Notes: generated by a model from the sequence alone, not told the origin. DNA of 44,672 nucleotides from Alphaproteobacteria bacterium (GCA_017522445.1 JAFWZK010000042.1:1-44672), one strand, 5' to 3'; counted from the first letter of the stretch, positions 8,695 to 18,150 are shown. Numbers and translations are program-made.

Positions 8695-9528
8695 TTATAC
8701 CCCCGATTTTATAAAACGTTTTGGTATTTTTACAACGCGTTTAATGCCAAACATGCCGGGTTTATCCCATGCGTATATCGGACGAAATATGCGTTGCATA
8801 ATGCGTGCAATTTTCAGCCATCTTTCACCGTGGGCACGGCGATTTGTGACGTCGTTTATCGTGCCATTACCACGACGACGCAGGTGGTTTACCCAGTCGG
8901 GACCACGAGATTCGGCCTTGGCCACCAGCATGTCCATATCGACCGCACCAAAATGCAACAGATATAAATTGGGGTCAATGTGAAAGTTGTGTCCGCGTAT
9001 GCTGTGAAAACCACTGCCCCAGGAAACGGGCCGGTTTATAACAACCGGTTTCGTATACCGGGTCGATAACAGTGCATAGCTGCGCTGGGATAAAAAGGGC
9101 TTGGATGTGTCCAATGGGGCTTCGTGTGTCATGTGTTGACCAACGTCCAGCCCCAGCCCAGACAGTGTGGTTTTTATGTCCCGAGATGACAGATATTCTG
9201 ATAAAGATGTATTCACGACAGGGTCAATAATTAAAAACTCGTCACAATCGCAGCCAATCACAATGTCATAACCGTCATCAAATAATTTTTTTGCCAGGTC
9301 GGATAGTAAATTGATTCTGTATTTGTCCCCCGTGGAACGGCCCATGTCGGTGTGGGGCAGTTTGGTTATTTTAGCGTTGCCAGCGTTTTCTGGAATAGTT
9401 TGGTCCGTGCCGTCCAGATAGATATACAGGTTTTCTGTGCCAATTTGGTCGCCGTAATACTTAATCCAGCGGGATAGAAAGAATTCATCGTTACGGGCCA
9501 TAGTTATTGCTGCAATACGTTTTTTCAT
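8695..9528 (-). CDS. Glycosyltransferase (GT2-like, Glyco_tranf_2_4 type)
   Basis: ITMARNDEFFLSRWIKYY, DCDEF, YTKP, WGSGFH and LLHF motifs. Confidence 0.8.
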   Translation of the reverse strand: MKKRIAAITMARNDEFFLSRWIKYYGDQIGTENLYIYLDGTDQTIPENAGNAKITKLPHTDMGRSTGDKYRINLLSDLAKKLFDDGYDIVIGCDCDEFLIIDPVVNTSLSEYLSSRDIKTTLSGLGLDVGQHMTHEAPLDTSKPFLSQRSYALLSTRYTKPVVINRPVSWGSGFHSIRGHNFHIDPNLYLLHFGAVDMDMLVAKAESRGPDWVNHLRRRGNGTINDVTNRRAHGERWLKIARIMQRIFRPIYAWDKPGMFGIKRVVKIPKRFIKSGV

Positions 9529-9530
9529 GT

Positions 9531-10379
9531 TCAGATTCCTTTGATAAAAAATTTATACAAGGCATAACGAATGTGACGAAAACCAGAACGAAGTGGATTT
9601 TTTGTTAATAACCAATCAAGATGCTGGGGGCCGTATTGAGCAGCGGCAGATTCCAAAATTATTTTACGTAAATCTGGTGATAACTTGTTCAAAACGTATG
9701 AAATCTGGCGTCCCAAGGCACCATAATGACGATTAAAAGCAACCTTTTTCATAAAGGGCATGCGGGCGTTGTACAGATGCTTAATCCTGTTATAAACACC
9801 GCGATTGTGGACAGAATACATACATTTCCATCGCAAACCATGAGAGGTTATCATTTTTGAAAAGCCCAATTCATAAACACGGGTAATGGTGCCTTTGCTT
9901 TTTTGCCTGGTTATACCACGCATGAATTCATCGTACCATGGGGACAAGAATACACTGGGGTGCATGCCTATGTACCAAGATTGAATGTGTGCCTTGGTGC
10001 GGTGGCGTTTTTGCACCATCCCAAATGCGTCAACGTGATAGGATTCTGTTTCGCGAAAATATGGCGCCAAATCATAAAAAGGACCGTACACAGAATCGTT
10101 GACCATGTATACAAAATCATAGTCTGATAATTTCAAATTTTCTGTTGCCCATATGTATGCCCGCTTGTAAGAGCCAAAATCATATTCGCCATGACGAACC
10201 CCAGATGCGTACAGGCAATAGGGGCGAATCCGGGATAATTCAGATTCAGAACAGTCAGAATCCATAACCAAAACAATGTCCCCAAATTCAGATAACGAAC
10301 GTATGTAGTACAATAATGCAGAATCTGTAACCCCAGATGCGTTATAGCCCGCAAATAAAAATAAACGCTTTGCTGTCAT
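9531..10379 (-). CDS. RgpF-like rhamnan synthesis protein
   Basis: RLFLFAGY N-terminus, YDFGSYKR, VNDSVYGP, HIQSWY, PFMKK. Confidence 0.75.
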   Translation of the reverse strand: MTAKRLFLFAGYNASGVTDSALLYYIRSLSEFGDIVLVMDSDCSESELSRIRPYCLYASGVRHGEYDFGSYKRAYIWATENLKLSDYDFVYMVNDSVYGPFYDLAPYFRETESYHVDAFGMVQKRHRTKAHIQSWYIGMHPSVFLSPWYDEFMRGITRQKSKGTITRVYELGFSKMITSHGLRWKCMYSVHNRGVYNRIKHLYNARMPFMKKVAFNRHYGALGRQISYVLNKLSPDLRKIILESAAAQYGPQHLDWLLTKNPLRSGFRHIRYALYKFFIKGI

Positions 10380-10435
10380 ATCCTATAATGTATACATTTT
10401 TATGGGAATTTGCAACTGTTTGATTCATAGTAAAT

Positions 10436-10458
10436 AAAAACACCCCATCATGGGGTGC
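10436..10458 (-). terminator. Intrinsic terminator of typA
   Basis: CACCCCA-TCA-TGGGGTG stem with an A run on its left, i.e. a U run on the minus strand. Confidence 0.7.
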
Positions 10459-10464
10459 AGGTTT

Positions 10465-12297
10465 TTATTCTTCGATGTGTTTTTTTAACTTTTTGCGAGT
10501 GTTGCTGTCCAGTTCGCGTTTGCGAAGCCGAATAGTGTCAGGTGTTATTTCAACCAATTCATCATCCAGGATATAGGACAGGGCCTCCTCCAAAGAAATG
10601 CGACGCGGTGGTGCCAAGAATAATTTTTCGTCCGCTGTTACTGAACGCATGTTGGTTAATTCTTTGCCCTTAATCGGGTTTACTTCCAGGTCGTTTTCTT
10701 TGCTGTGTTCACCAATAATCATGCCCGAATAAACTTCGGTTTGTGGGTCGATGAATAATGTGCCACGTGGCTGCAAATTAAACAGGGCATATGTGGCGGC
10801 CGACCCCTTTTCCATAGATACCAAAACACCGGGACGATATTGCATAATTGGGCCACGGTATGTGTCGTATTTATCAAAAACACGGTTCATAATACCTGTG
10901 CCACGCGTATCGGTGCGGAATTCTGATAAATATCCAATCAAACCGCGTGATGGGGCAGAAAATACAATGCGGGTTTTGCCACCGCCAGATGATTTCATTT
11001 CGGTAATTGTTGCACGGCGTTTGGTCATTTTTTCAATAACAACACCAGAAAATTCGTCGTCTACGTCAATAACAACGTCTTCGATTGGTTCCAGGCGATT
11101 GCCGTTTTCGTCTGTGTGCATGACAACGCGTGGACGTGATACGGACAGCTCGAATCCTTCGCGGCGCATGGTTTCAATCAATATCCCCAGTTGCAATTCG
11201 CCACGACCTGATACTTCAAAGGCCTCGTTATTTTCGCTTTGTTCAACACGCAGTGCGATGTTGGTTTCGGCCTCTTTGAACAGGCGTTCGCCAATCATAC
11301 GTGATGTTAATTTTTTACCACTTTTACCAGCCAATGGGGATGTGTTCACAAAAAATGTCATCGTCAGGGTTGGTGGATCAATTGGCATGGCTGGAATTGG
11401 TTCGGTTACAGATGTATCACACAGGGTATCTGCAACAGTTGCCTTGGAAAAACCAGCCACCACGACAATGTCGCCGGCGGATGCAGAATCGCGGGAAATC
11501 TTTTCAATGCCACGATGTTCTATAATCTTGGTAATTTTGGCGTTTTCAATAAACTCGCCGTTGCGATTAATTGCCTTGACCGATTGACCAACGCGTACCG
11601 TGCCAGATTCAATTTTGCCGGTTAAAATGCGACCGACGTATGGGTCTGCCTCTAGCGTGGTGGCCAACATTTTGAACGGTGCGTCCAGCTGACAACGTTC
11701 CCCGTTACAGTCAGGGGCAGGTACGTGGTCAATAATTAACTGGAACAATGGGGTTAAATCGCGGTGTTCGTCATTTAAATCGCGTACCGCCCAACCGTCA
11801 CGACCAACAGAATACAAATACGGGAAATCCAGTTGCGAATCTGTGGCACCCAATTTGTCAAACAGGTCAAATGTTTCGGTCAGGACTTCGTCTGGACGGG
11901 CATCTGCACGATCAACCTTGTTAATGCAAACAATTGGCCGCAGCCCCAGTTTTAATGCCTTGGATAATACAAACTTGGTTTGGGGCAGGGGGCCTTCGGC
12001 ACTGTCAACCAATAGTACAACGCCGTCAACCATTGATAAAATACGTTCGACTTCGCCACCAAAGTCTGCATGGCCGGGTGTGTCAACAATGTTTATCTTG
12101 TATTCGCCCCATAAAATAGATGTAGGTTTGGCAGAAATTGTAATGCCGCGTTCGCGTTCAATGTCGCCACTGTCCATGACGCGTTCATCAACGTGTTCGT
12201 TTTCGCGGAATGTGCCCGCCTGTTTTAACATGTTGTCGACCAGTGTCGTTTTGCCGTGGTCTACGTGTGCGATAATTGCAATATTACGAATTTTCAT
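10465..12297 (-). CDS. typA: Translational GTPase TypA/BipA
   Basis: IAHVDHGKTT, ERGITI, DTPGHADFGGEVER, NKVD, VSGRGELQL, DELVEITP..IRLRK. Confidence 0.98.
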   Translation of the reverse strand: MKIRNIAIIAHVDHGKTTLVDNMLKQAGTFRENEHVDERVMDSGDIERERGITISAKPTSILWGEYKINIVDTPGHADFGGEVERILSMVDGVVLLVDSAEGPLPQTKFVLSKALKLGLRPIVCINKVDRADARPDEVLTETFDLFDKLGATDSQLDFPYLYSVGRDGWAVRDLNDEHRDLTPLFQLIIDHVPAPDCNGERCQLDAPFKMLATTLEADPYVGRILTGKIESGTVRVGQSVKAINRNGEFIENAKITKIIEHRGIEKISRDSASAGDIVVVAGFSKATVADTLCDTSVTEPIPAMPIDPPTLTMTFFVNTSPLAGKSGKKLTSRMIGERLFKEAETNIALRVEQSENNEAFEVSGRGELQLGILIETMRREGFELSVSRPRVVMHTDENGNRLEPIEDVVIDVDDEFSGVVIEKMTKRRATITEMKSSGGGKTRIVFSAPSRGLIGYLSEFRTDTRGTGIMNRVFDKYDTYRGPIMQYRPGVLVSMEKGSAATYALFNLQPRGTLFIDPQTEVYSGMIIGEHSKENDLEVNPIKGKELTNMRSVTADEKLFLAPPRRISLEEALSYILDDELVEITPDTIRLRKRELDSNTRKKLKKHIEE

Positions 12298-12454
12298 CTG
12301 GTTTTGCCCCGTTTTTTTATTTAATCGGGTACAGGGTATACTTAAACTTTTGACTTTTCAACAAAATATGTATGTTTTTTTATAAAAAATTTGACTTTTG
12401 CACATTTTTGTCTATATTGTTGTGGGCAGACTAATCAAAATATCAGGATGAAAA

Positions 12455-13000
12455 ATGCAAAAACAATTTGAAGATACAGTTGTAAGAAATGCAATTAAAA
12501 CCGGACTGGAAAGTTTTGTGTTGCTGGCAAAAGACAATCTTAGAAAAAGGTGGACGATATTAAAACGTGAAGATAAATATGCCGCTGCACGTGCGTTGGT
12601 GTTCATGAATGAACTGGCCAGAAATCCAGAACTGCACTTTGCACGCGAGAATACACAAAAAGCATGGGTAGAGCGTGCTGAAAAATATGCACTGGATAAA
12701 AAATTGAAAAAAACAGAAGAGGCGTACTATATCGTTGAATCGCCCCAGGTAATGGTTGTGGCAAAGGCACAAGGGGCATTAACAGGAAACCTGTATACAG
12801 CGTTCTTTGCATTCTGTACAGATATTCAGCAGTGGGAATATGACAGAACGTCACCTAATAAAAATAACAGGTATTTGGCACCTGTATCAGCAGAGATTTT
12901 GGTCGAAAAATCCGAAAAATTACATGCCAGTGCACAGATGACAATCAAGCATCCGGTCGTAAAATATCTGCAAAAAAAATGGCGGATGCTGACCAAATAA
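12455..13000 (+). CDS. Hypothetical protein
   Basis: 181-aa ORF with AGGA RBS, promoter-like TTGACT-16-TATATT (12391-12418) and a downstream terminator; no family recognised. Confidence 0.7.
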   Translation: MQKQFEDTVVRNAIKTGLESFVLLAKDNLRKRWTILKREDKYAAARALVFMNELARNPELHFARENTQKAWVERAEKYALDKKLKKTEEAYYIVESPQVMVVAKAQGALTGNLYTAFFAFCTDIQQWEYDRTSPNKNNRYLAPVSAEILVEKSEKLHASAQMTIKHPVVKYLQKKWRMLTK

Positions 13001-13001
13001 T

Positions 13002-13030
13002 AAAAACGCCCGTTTGGGCGTTCTTTTTTT
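13002..13030. terminator. Bidirectional intrinsic terminator
   Basis: AACGCCC-GTTT-GGGCGTT flanked by A and T runs, between convergent genes. Confidence 0.8.
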
Positions 13031-13931
13031 ATGACTGTTTGTTCAAATATGCAATTGCATCCATGCCCGCAGTACAGCCCGTGCCAACGGCCGTTGCAAT
13101 TTGCATCTTGATATCGCTGTGGACGTCGCCCGCAACAAAAACACCATCGGGCAGGTCAGATGGTGCCAGACGCCCCAGTGAATCGCGTTTTATCTTTTCG
13201 CACAGATAATCTGTGTTTGCCTCGTGTCCGATGGCAACAAATACACCGTCAACCGTTATTTCTGTGCCGTCTGTGGTGGTGACGATTAATTCGCCGTCCG
13301 CAGAATCAGGTTTTTCTGCGATTTTTACCAAGTCTGTGTTAAACAGGCATTCAATATTGTCGCGTTCTGCAACACGTTGACGCAAAATATCCTCGGCACG
13401 GGAGAATTCTGATTTGCGATATACAATTTTTACCGTCTTGGCCAAATCTGCCAAATACAATGCGTCGTTTAATGCACTGTTGCCACCGCCCAATACAATT
13501 ACAGTTTTGCCACTGAAGAAAAATCCATCGCATGTCGCACAATATGATACGCCGCGACCCATTAATTCACGAGCACCCGCAATTTCCAGTTTTCGTGGCG
13601 ATGCACCCGTTGCAATAATTACACATTTGCCAGTATATTCAGTGCCGTTGTCGCAACTTATTATAAAACCGTTTACAGAATCACCACAGACATTGGTCGC
13701 GGATGTAAATTCAATAGTCGCACCAAAGTGTTCGCACTGATTCTTCATAAATTGTGCCAGGTCATAACCACTGCCCGACCAGCCAGGATAATTTTCCAAT
13801 ACGGCTATGCCAGCCATCTGACCGCCCAGGCGGTTGCCACCCAAGACCAATGTTTTCTTGTTCGCACGGGCCGCGTATAATGCCGCGGTTAATCCCGCAG
13901 GCCCAGAACCCAATATAATAATATCATACAT
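13029..13931 (-). CDS. trxB: Thioredoxin-disulfide reductase
   Basis: GSGPAG, ENYPG, IATGA, GVSYCATCDG, GGGNSA, GVFVAGD; start at MYDIII (13931). Confidence 0.92.
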   Translation of the reverse strand: MYDIIILGSGPAGLTAALYAARANKKTLVLGGNRLGGQMAGIAVLENYPGWSGSGYDLAQFMKNQCEHFGATIEFTSATNVCGDSVNGFIISCDNGTEYTGKCVIIATGASPRKLEIAGARELMGRGVSYCATCDGFFFSGKTVIVLGGGNSALNDALYLADLAKTVKIVYRKSEFSRAEDILRQRVAERDNIECLFNTDLVKIAEKPDSADGELIVTTTDGTEITVDGVFVAIGHEANTDYLCEKIKRDSLGRLAPSDLPDGVFVAGDVHSDIKMQIATAVGTGCTAGMDAIAYLNKQS

Positions 13932-14014
13932 TATTTTTACCTTTCCCTGTCTATGTGCCTCAGCATAACATATGCCGCAATATTTATGCAAATGAAATAA
14001 TTCAATATAAAATC

Positions 14015-14043
14015 TTGCACTGGGAGAGAATTAAAGCTATAAT
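14015..14043 (+). promoter_or_regulatory. Putative sigma70 promoter of serS
   Basis: TTGCAC-17 nt-TATAAT. Confidence 0.75.
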
Positions 14044-14053
14044 AAATGTCGTT

Positions 14054-14107
14054 ATGATTATGAGTTTTCTGTTTTTTTATTTGTCTTCATCCCCTTTGGG
14101 GGAATAG
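14054..14107 (+). CDS. Putative serS leader peptide MIMSFLFFYLSSSPLGE
   Basis: 17-codon ORF between the promoter and serS; tandem Ser codons TCT-TCA-TCC overlap a TCCCC-TTTG-GGGGA hairpin. Confidence 0.55.
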   Translation: MIMSFLFFYLSSSPLGE

Positions 14108-14176
14108 TTTGTCGTGTATTTTAATTTAAAAATAGTACAGTGTATTTTTGATAAATAAAATAAAGAGGTAAGTGTT

Positions 14177-15454
14177 ATGTTGGATATGAAATTCATTCGT
14201 GAAAATCCACAAATTGTAAAAAAAGCATGCGAATTAAAAGGTGTGACAGATTATGTTGATGAAATTCTGGCACTGGATGTGCGTGTGCGTGAACTGAAAA
14301 CAATAACCCAGGCAAAAACTGCAGAAAAAAATAAAATTACACGCGAAATACCGACCGCTGTGGATAAAGCAACACTGATTGCACGCAGCAAAGAAATCGG
14401 AATGGAAATCGCAAATGATTTGGCAGAATTGGCGGCAGGGGAAGAAAAACTGGCCGATTTGTTGCGGCGGGTGCCACAAATCCCGGCGGCAGATGCACCA
14501 GTCGGCAAAGACGATACCGAAAATATAGAAGTAAGACGCGTTGGTGTGCCACGTGCATTTGACTTTACACCACGGGCACAATGGGATTTGCTGGAAATGA
14601 ACGGTTGGTGGAAACCTGAAAAAATCGCAGGAATCTGCGGTACACGTACGTATGCTTTGTTTGGCGAGGCCGCAGAACTGGAACTGGCCATTCAGACGTA
14701 TGTTATTCAGAAATTAATCAGCAAGGGGTTTGTGTTCGTAAACTGTCCGTCAATCACAAAACCACAGACTATTTTTAATGCTGGGCATTTTATGGGGACG
14801 GATTTGGCAGTGATGAATAATGATGTGTTTATGCTGACGGATACTGACAGATGTCTGGCGGGGACGGCGGAAATTGTGCTGAATTCGCTGCATGCTGATG
14901 AAGTCTTGAACGAAAAAGATTTGCCAATTAAATATGCAGGATATTCACCATGTTTCAGAAAAGAGGCGGGGGCCGCAGGTCGTGATACCCGCGGAATCGT
15001 GCGTATACATCAATTTAACAAAGTGGAACAATATGTATATTGTACACCAGAACAATCAGATGAAATGCATGAACATTTGCTGAACAATCTGTGCGAAGTT
15101 ATGCAGGATTTGGAATTGCCATACCGTGTGGTGGCGGCCTGTACGGGCGACATGGGCTTTAACAAGGTTAAAATGCATGATGTCGAAGCATGGTTCCCCA
15201 GTGAAAATACATATCGCGAGCTGGGGTCGTGTTCGTCAATTGGACAGTTTCAGGCACGTAGAACAAATACCAGATATCGTGCAACAGATGGTTCGATGCA
15301 GTTCTGTGCGACTTTAAATAACACAGGAATTGCGTTGCCACGTGCAATTGTACCAGTGATTGAAAATCATCAAAATCCAGATGGTTCGGTAAATATTCCA
15401 AAAAAACTGCAACCACTGATGGGGGGACGTACAAAAATTGGTGGAAAACATTAA
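14177..15454 (+). CDS. serS: Serine--tRNA ligase
   Basis: MLDMKFIREN, GTAE, CFRKEAGAAGRDTRGIVRIHQFNKVE, ELGSCS, TLNNTG, ENHQ. Confidence 0.97.
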   Translation: MLDMKFIRENPQIVKKACELKGVTDYVDEILALDVRVRELKTITQAKTAEKNKITREIPTAVDKATLIARSKEIGMEIANDLAELAAGEEKLADLLRRVPQIPAADAPVGKDDTENIEVRRVGVPRAFDFTPRAQWDLLEMNGWWKPEKIAGICGTRTYALFGEAAELELAIQTYVIQKLISKGFVFVNCPSITKPQTIFNAGHFMGTDLAVMNNDVFMLTDTDRCLAGTAEIVLNSLHADEVLNEKDLPIKYAGYSPCFRKEAGAAGRDTRGIVRIHQFNKVEQYVYCTPEQSDEMHEHLLNNLCEVMQDLELPYRVVAACTGDMGFNKVKMHDVEAWFPSENTYRELGSCSSIGQFQARRTNTRYRATDGSMQFCATLNNTGIALPRAIVPVIENHQNPDGSVNIPKKLQPLMGGRTKIGGKH

Positions 15455-15456
15455 AT

Positions 15457-15481
15457 AAAACGCCCAAATCGGGCGTTTTTT
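15457..15481. terminator. Bidirectional intrinsic terminator
   Basis: AAAACGCCC-AAATC-GGGCGTTTT between convergent genes. Confidence 0.85.
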
Positions 15482-15486
15482 GTTCG

Positions 15487-15990
15487 TTATTTCTTGCCAA
15501 AGTGTTTTTTGAGTATGTCGTATGCGGCGGAAATTTTAGAAAACTCGACCGCTGCATTTTTTTTGTCTGTGGCGGTATCGGGGTGATATTTTTTCGCCAG
15601 GGTGCGATATTTTATACCAACATCACGCCATGATGCACTGATGCCCAGGTCAAATACACGCAGGGCAGAGGTTACATTGGTTGGTAATTTTGATGGCTGG
15701 GGCATTTTGTCAAATTGACTGCGACCTGTTAAAAAGTCGTTTATGAATTTGGCGTAATCCGTACCAGATGTTTTGCTGGGCCTGCCAGATTTTAACGGTG
15801 AACCAAATACGGATGTTTCCCAATCGTCTTCAATTTCTTCGTCTGTCATGCCAGCGTAATAATTCCAATTTTTATTGTATTCGGCCGCATGTTCTGGACA
15901 AAACATCCAGTATTCTTGCAGTGTTCGGTCCTTGGGGGCACGGCATGTACCTGCCTTGGTACAGCCGGGGTGGTCACATTTTCGTATCAT
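15487..15990 (-). CDS. J-domain protein, alphaproteobacterial type with an N-terminal Cys/His motif
   Basis: CDHPGC...CRAPK...FCPEH..EYNKNWNYY N-terminus; C-terminal J domain with KKYHPD. Confidence 0.88.
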   Translation of the reverse strand: MIRKCDHPGCTKAGTCRAPKDRTLQEYWMFCPEHAAEYNKNWNYYAGMTDEEIEDDWETSVFGSPLKSGRPSKTSGTDYAKFINDFLTGRSQFDKMPQPSKLPTNVTSALRVFDLGISASWRDVGIKYRTLAKKYHPDTATDKKNAAVEFSKISAAYDILKKHFGKK

Positions 15991-16850
15991 TTATCAGTAT
16001 CCTTGGGGGTTGCAAGTGGGTGATGCGATACCGTTTCAAGTAATTTGTCCGGCATCACGTGAGTGTAAATTTGGGTCGTAGAAATATCTTCGTGTCCCAG
16101 CATGGTTTGTATCGCACGCAGGTTCGCACCGCCCGCCAACAGATGCGATGCAAACGAATGACGCAGAACATGGGGGCTGACCCGGTCGGGGGATATGCCA
16201 GATAAAATGGCACACTTTTTTAATATCTTGAAAAATCCATCGCGGGTTATGTGACCCATTTTGCTGTTTGATGGAAATACATATTTCGATGTGTCATTGT
16301 CCCGTATGGATAACCATTTGTTTAATGCACTGATTGCTGTGTTGTGCATGGGAACCATACGTTCTTTGGAACCTTTGCCGTGTATCAGTAATTTGTTGCC
16401 CAAAACGCCGGTCATTGGTAATTCGCATAATTCTGATACGCGCAGCCCAGATGCATACAGTAATTCTATCATTGCGCGCAGACGCGTCGAATTGCGGGTG
16501 TCGCCAGCACTGGATATCAATAGTTCTATTTCTTGTACCGATAAGAACTTTGGCAGCGGGCGATTGCGTTTCGGTAATTCCAAATTCGTTGTGGGATTTG
16601 ATGATATCATCTTTTCCAACATTAAAAATTTATAAAAGCCACGCAGGGCAGATGCCTTGCGGGAAATAGATGATGGTTTGTCTGGCAGGCCAGATAAATA
16701 GGTCTGAAGTGCGTGTGTGTCCGCATTCAGTAAACCACCCGGTATGGATGCGTCCGCCAATCGCAAGTCGGATTCATAACTGGCCAGGGTTTTTTCACTG
16801 CGACCGTGTTCGGCAGATAGGGCCTCGAGAAAAATTTCTATGTAGTTCAT
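15987..16850 (-). CDS. xerD: Site-specific tyrosine recombinase, XerD type
   Basis: LYASGLRVSEL, GKGSKER, SPHVLRHSFASHLL, LGHEDISTTQIYTHV; start at MNYIE (16850). Confidence 0.88.
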   Translation of the reverse strand: MNYIEIFLEALSAEHGRSEKTLASYESDLRLADASIPGGLLNADTHALQTYLSGLPDKPSSISRKASALRGFYKFLMLEKMISSNPTTNLELPKRNRPLPKFLSVQEIELLISSAGDTRNSTRLRAMIELLYASGLRVSELCELPMTGVLGNKLLIHGKGSKERMVPMHNTAISALNKWLSIRDNDTSKYVFPSNSKMGHITRDGFFKILKKCAILSGISPDRVSPHVLRHSFASHLLAGGANLRAIQTMLGHEDISTTQIYTHVMPDKLLETVSHHPLATPKDTDK

Positions 16851-16981
16851 GGATATACTATTACCTCGGTCATGTGAAGGGGGGATGAAAATGATATTAT
16901 CATCAGTATAATCAGTGCCGCAATCAGCAGCCATATCAGAACTTTTAATATTTTATTATGTGTTTTCTTTTTCTTTGGCAT
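16847..16981 (-). CDS. Small single-pass membrane protein (44 aa), not in the ORF track
   Basis: MPKKKKTHNKILKVLIWLLIAALIILMIISFSSPLHMTEVIVYP; GGGGGA RBS; its TGA overlaps the xerD ATG (ATGA). Confidence 0.75.
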   Translation of the reverse strand: MPKKKKTHNKILKVLIWLLIAALIILMIISFSSPLHMTEVIVYP

Positions 16982-17000
16982 TGCGATAATCCCCCAGGGC

Positions 17001-18059
17001 TTAGATTGTGTCAAAACTGGTTATAAATATGCCCGAAGCCGCAATGATAATCAAAGGGGGGGCAATGATGGATAATACAGGTGGCAATGTGCCTGTGGAC
17101 CCCAGCGCATTAAACATGTTTATCAGAAAATATACCGCAAAGCATGTGATTATGCCCAAGCTGAACTTTATACCAAAACTGTAATTGCGACGTTGTTTTG
17201 TCTGGGAAAATGCAATGCCCAATGTGGCCATGGATATCATGGTTAATGGTAAAAACAACAATGTCCACAATTGTACACGATGTCCGCGAACAGGCGCACC
17301 AATGGATTCCATGCGGTGTATGAAATCAGGTAACTGCCAAAATGAAATCTGGTCCGGTTGTAGATAACGGTCCAATACCGTCTGGGTGGTCAGTAATGTA
17401 GGTGTTTGCCATGTGCCAAATGTCGTCGTGCCGTCTGCATGCCAAATTGTCGCGTTGTTCGCATATAAACCCGCGTCAGACAAGGTTATAGTGTCTGCAT
17501 TTATCCGGTTGGTTAATCTGAACGATGGGGTCTGGGTATAGACCGTGGCCGTTTCGAAAATCAGTATGTTGCCCGCCTTGTGCATGTTTCTGGCGTGCAT
17601 AGTAATATAGCCGTTTTCAGATTCTTCACGCAGCCATATTTGGTTGTCAACCAGCTGTAAATGGTCGTGGGTGATGTTGTCTGAACTGATTCTGACCGAA
17701 TATGGATTTATCACAGTTGTCGCAAAGACGCCAATCAAAAAGGCCCCAATCAAAAATGGACGACTGGATTGATATGGTGACAGACCTGCACTGGATACAA
17801 TAATGCTTTCACTGGATTTGGTCAGATTGTATGCTGTAAACAGGGTGCCCATAAATACCGCCAATGGTAAAAATAATGGCACATATTCCAACAGACGTAC
17901 CCACGATTCATATAAAGCAGCCATGGCAGTCGGATTAGATGGCAGACGTTCTACAAATGTGACCGCCAATATAATGCCACATACAACCAACATAACAAGA
18001 CCAACACCAGAAAAAAATCGGCGAAGTAAAAATTTGGTTAAGATATTTATCCTGAACAT
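17001..18059 (-). CDS. LptF/LptG-family LPS export permease (LptG-like)
   Basis: Three TM segments + periplasmic region + three TM segments; LPLAVFMG, SESIIVSSAGLS, IWLRE; start uncertain (18059 or 18089). Confidence 0.8.
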   Translation of the reverse strand: MFRINILTKFLLRRFFSGVGLVMLVVCGIILAVTFVERLPSNPTAMAALYESWVRLLEYVPLFLPLAVFMGTLFTAYNLTKSSESIIVSSAGLSPYQSSRPFLIGAFLIGVFATTVINPYSVRISSDNITHDHLQLVDNQIWLREESENGYITMHARNMHKAGNILIFETATVYTQTPSFRLTNRINADTITLSDAGLYANNATIWHADGTTTFGTWQTPTLLTTQTVLDRYLQPDQISFWQLPDFIHRMESIGAPVRGHRVQLWTLLFLPLTMISMATLGIAFSQTKQRRNYSFGIKFSLGIITCFAVYFLINMFNALGSTGTLPPVLSIIAPPLIIIAASGIFITSFDTI

Positions 18060-18150
18060 ATTATGTATACTATACATTGTTAATTTCATAATTGCAAAAT
18101 TAAAATGAATGCGTATAATTTGCCCATCAGACCAACAGCAGGATAATAAT

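Noticed and set aside
10751-11587. Long antisense ORFs (278 aa within typA, 366 aa at 21550-22650, 245 aa at 5481-6218, 243 aa at 36926-37657)
   Set aside because: They shadow well-conserved genes on the opposite strand and have no motifs of their own
14050-14176. T-box riboswitch upstream of serS
   Set aside because: The leader is too short and lacks the TGGNACCGCG T-box sequence and a terminator
15987-16850. Prophage or island integrase
   Set aside because: Motifs and size fit chromosomal XerD; the neighbours are housekeeping genes and no att repeats or phage genes are seen
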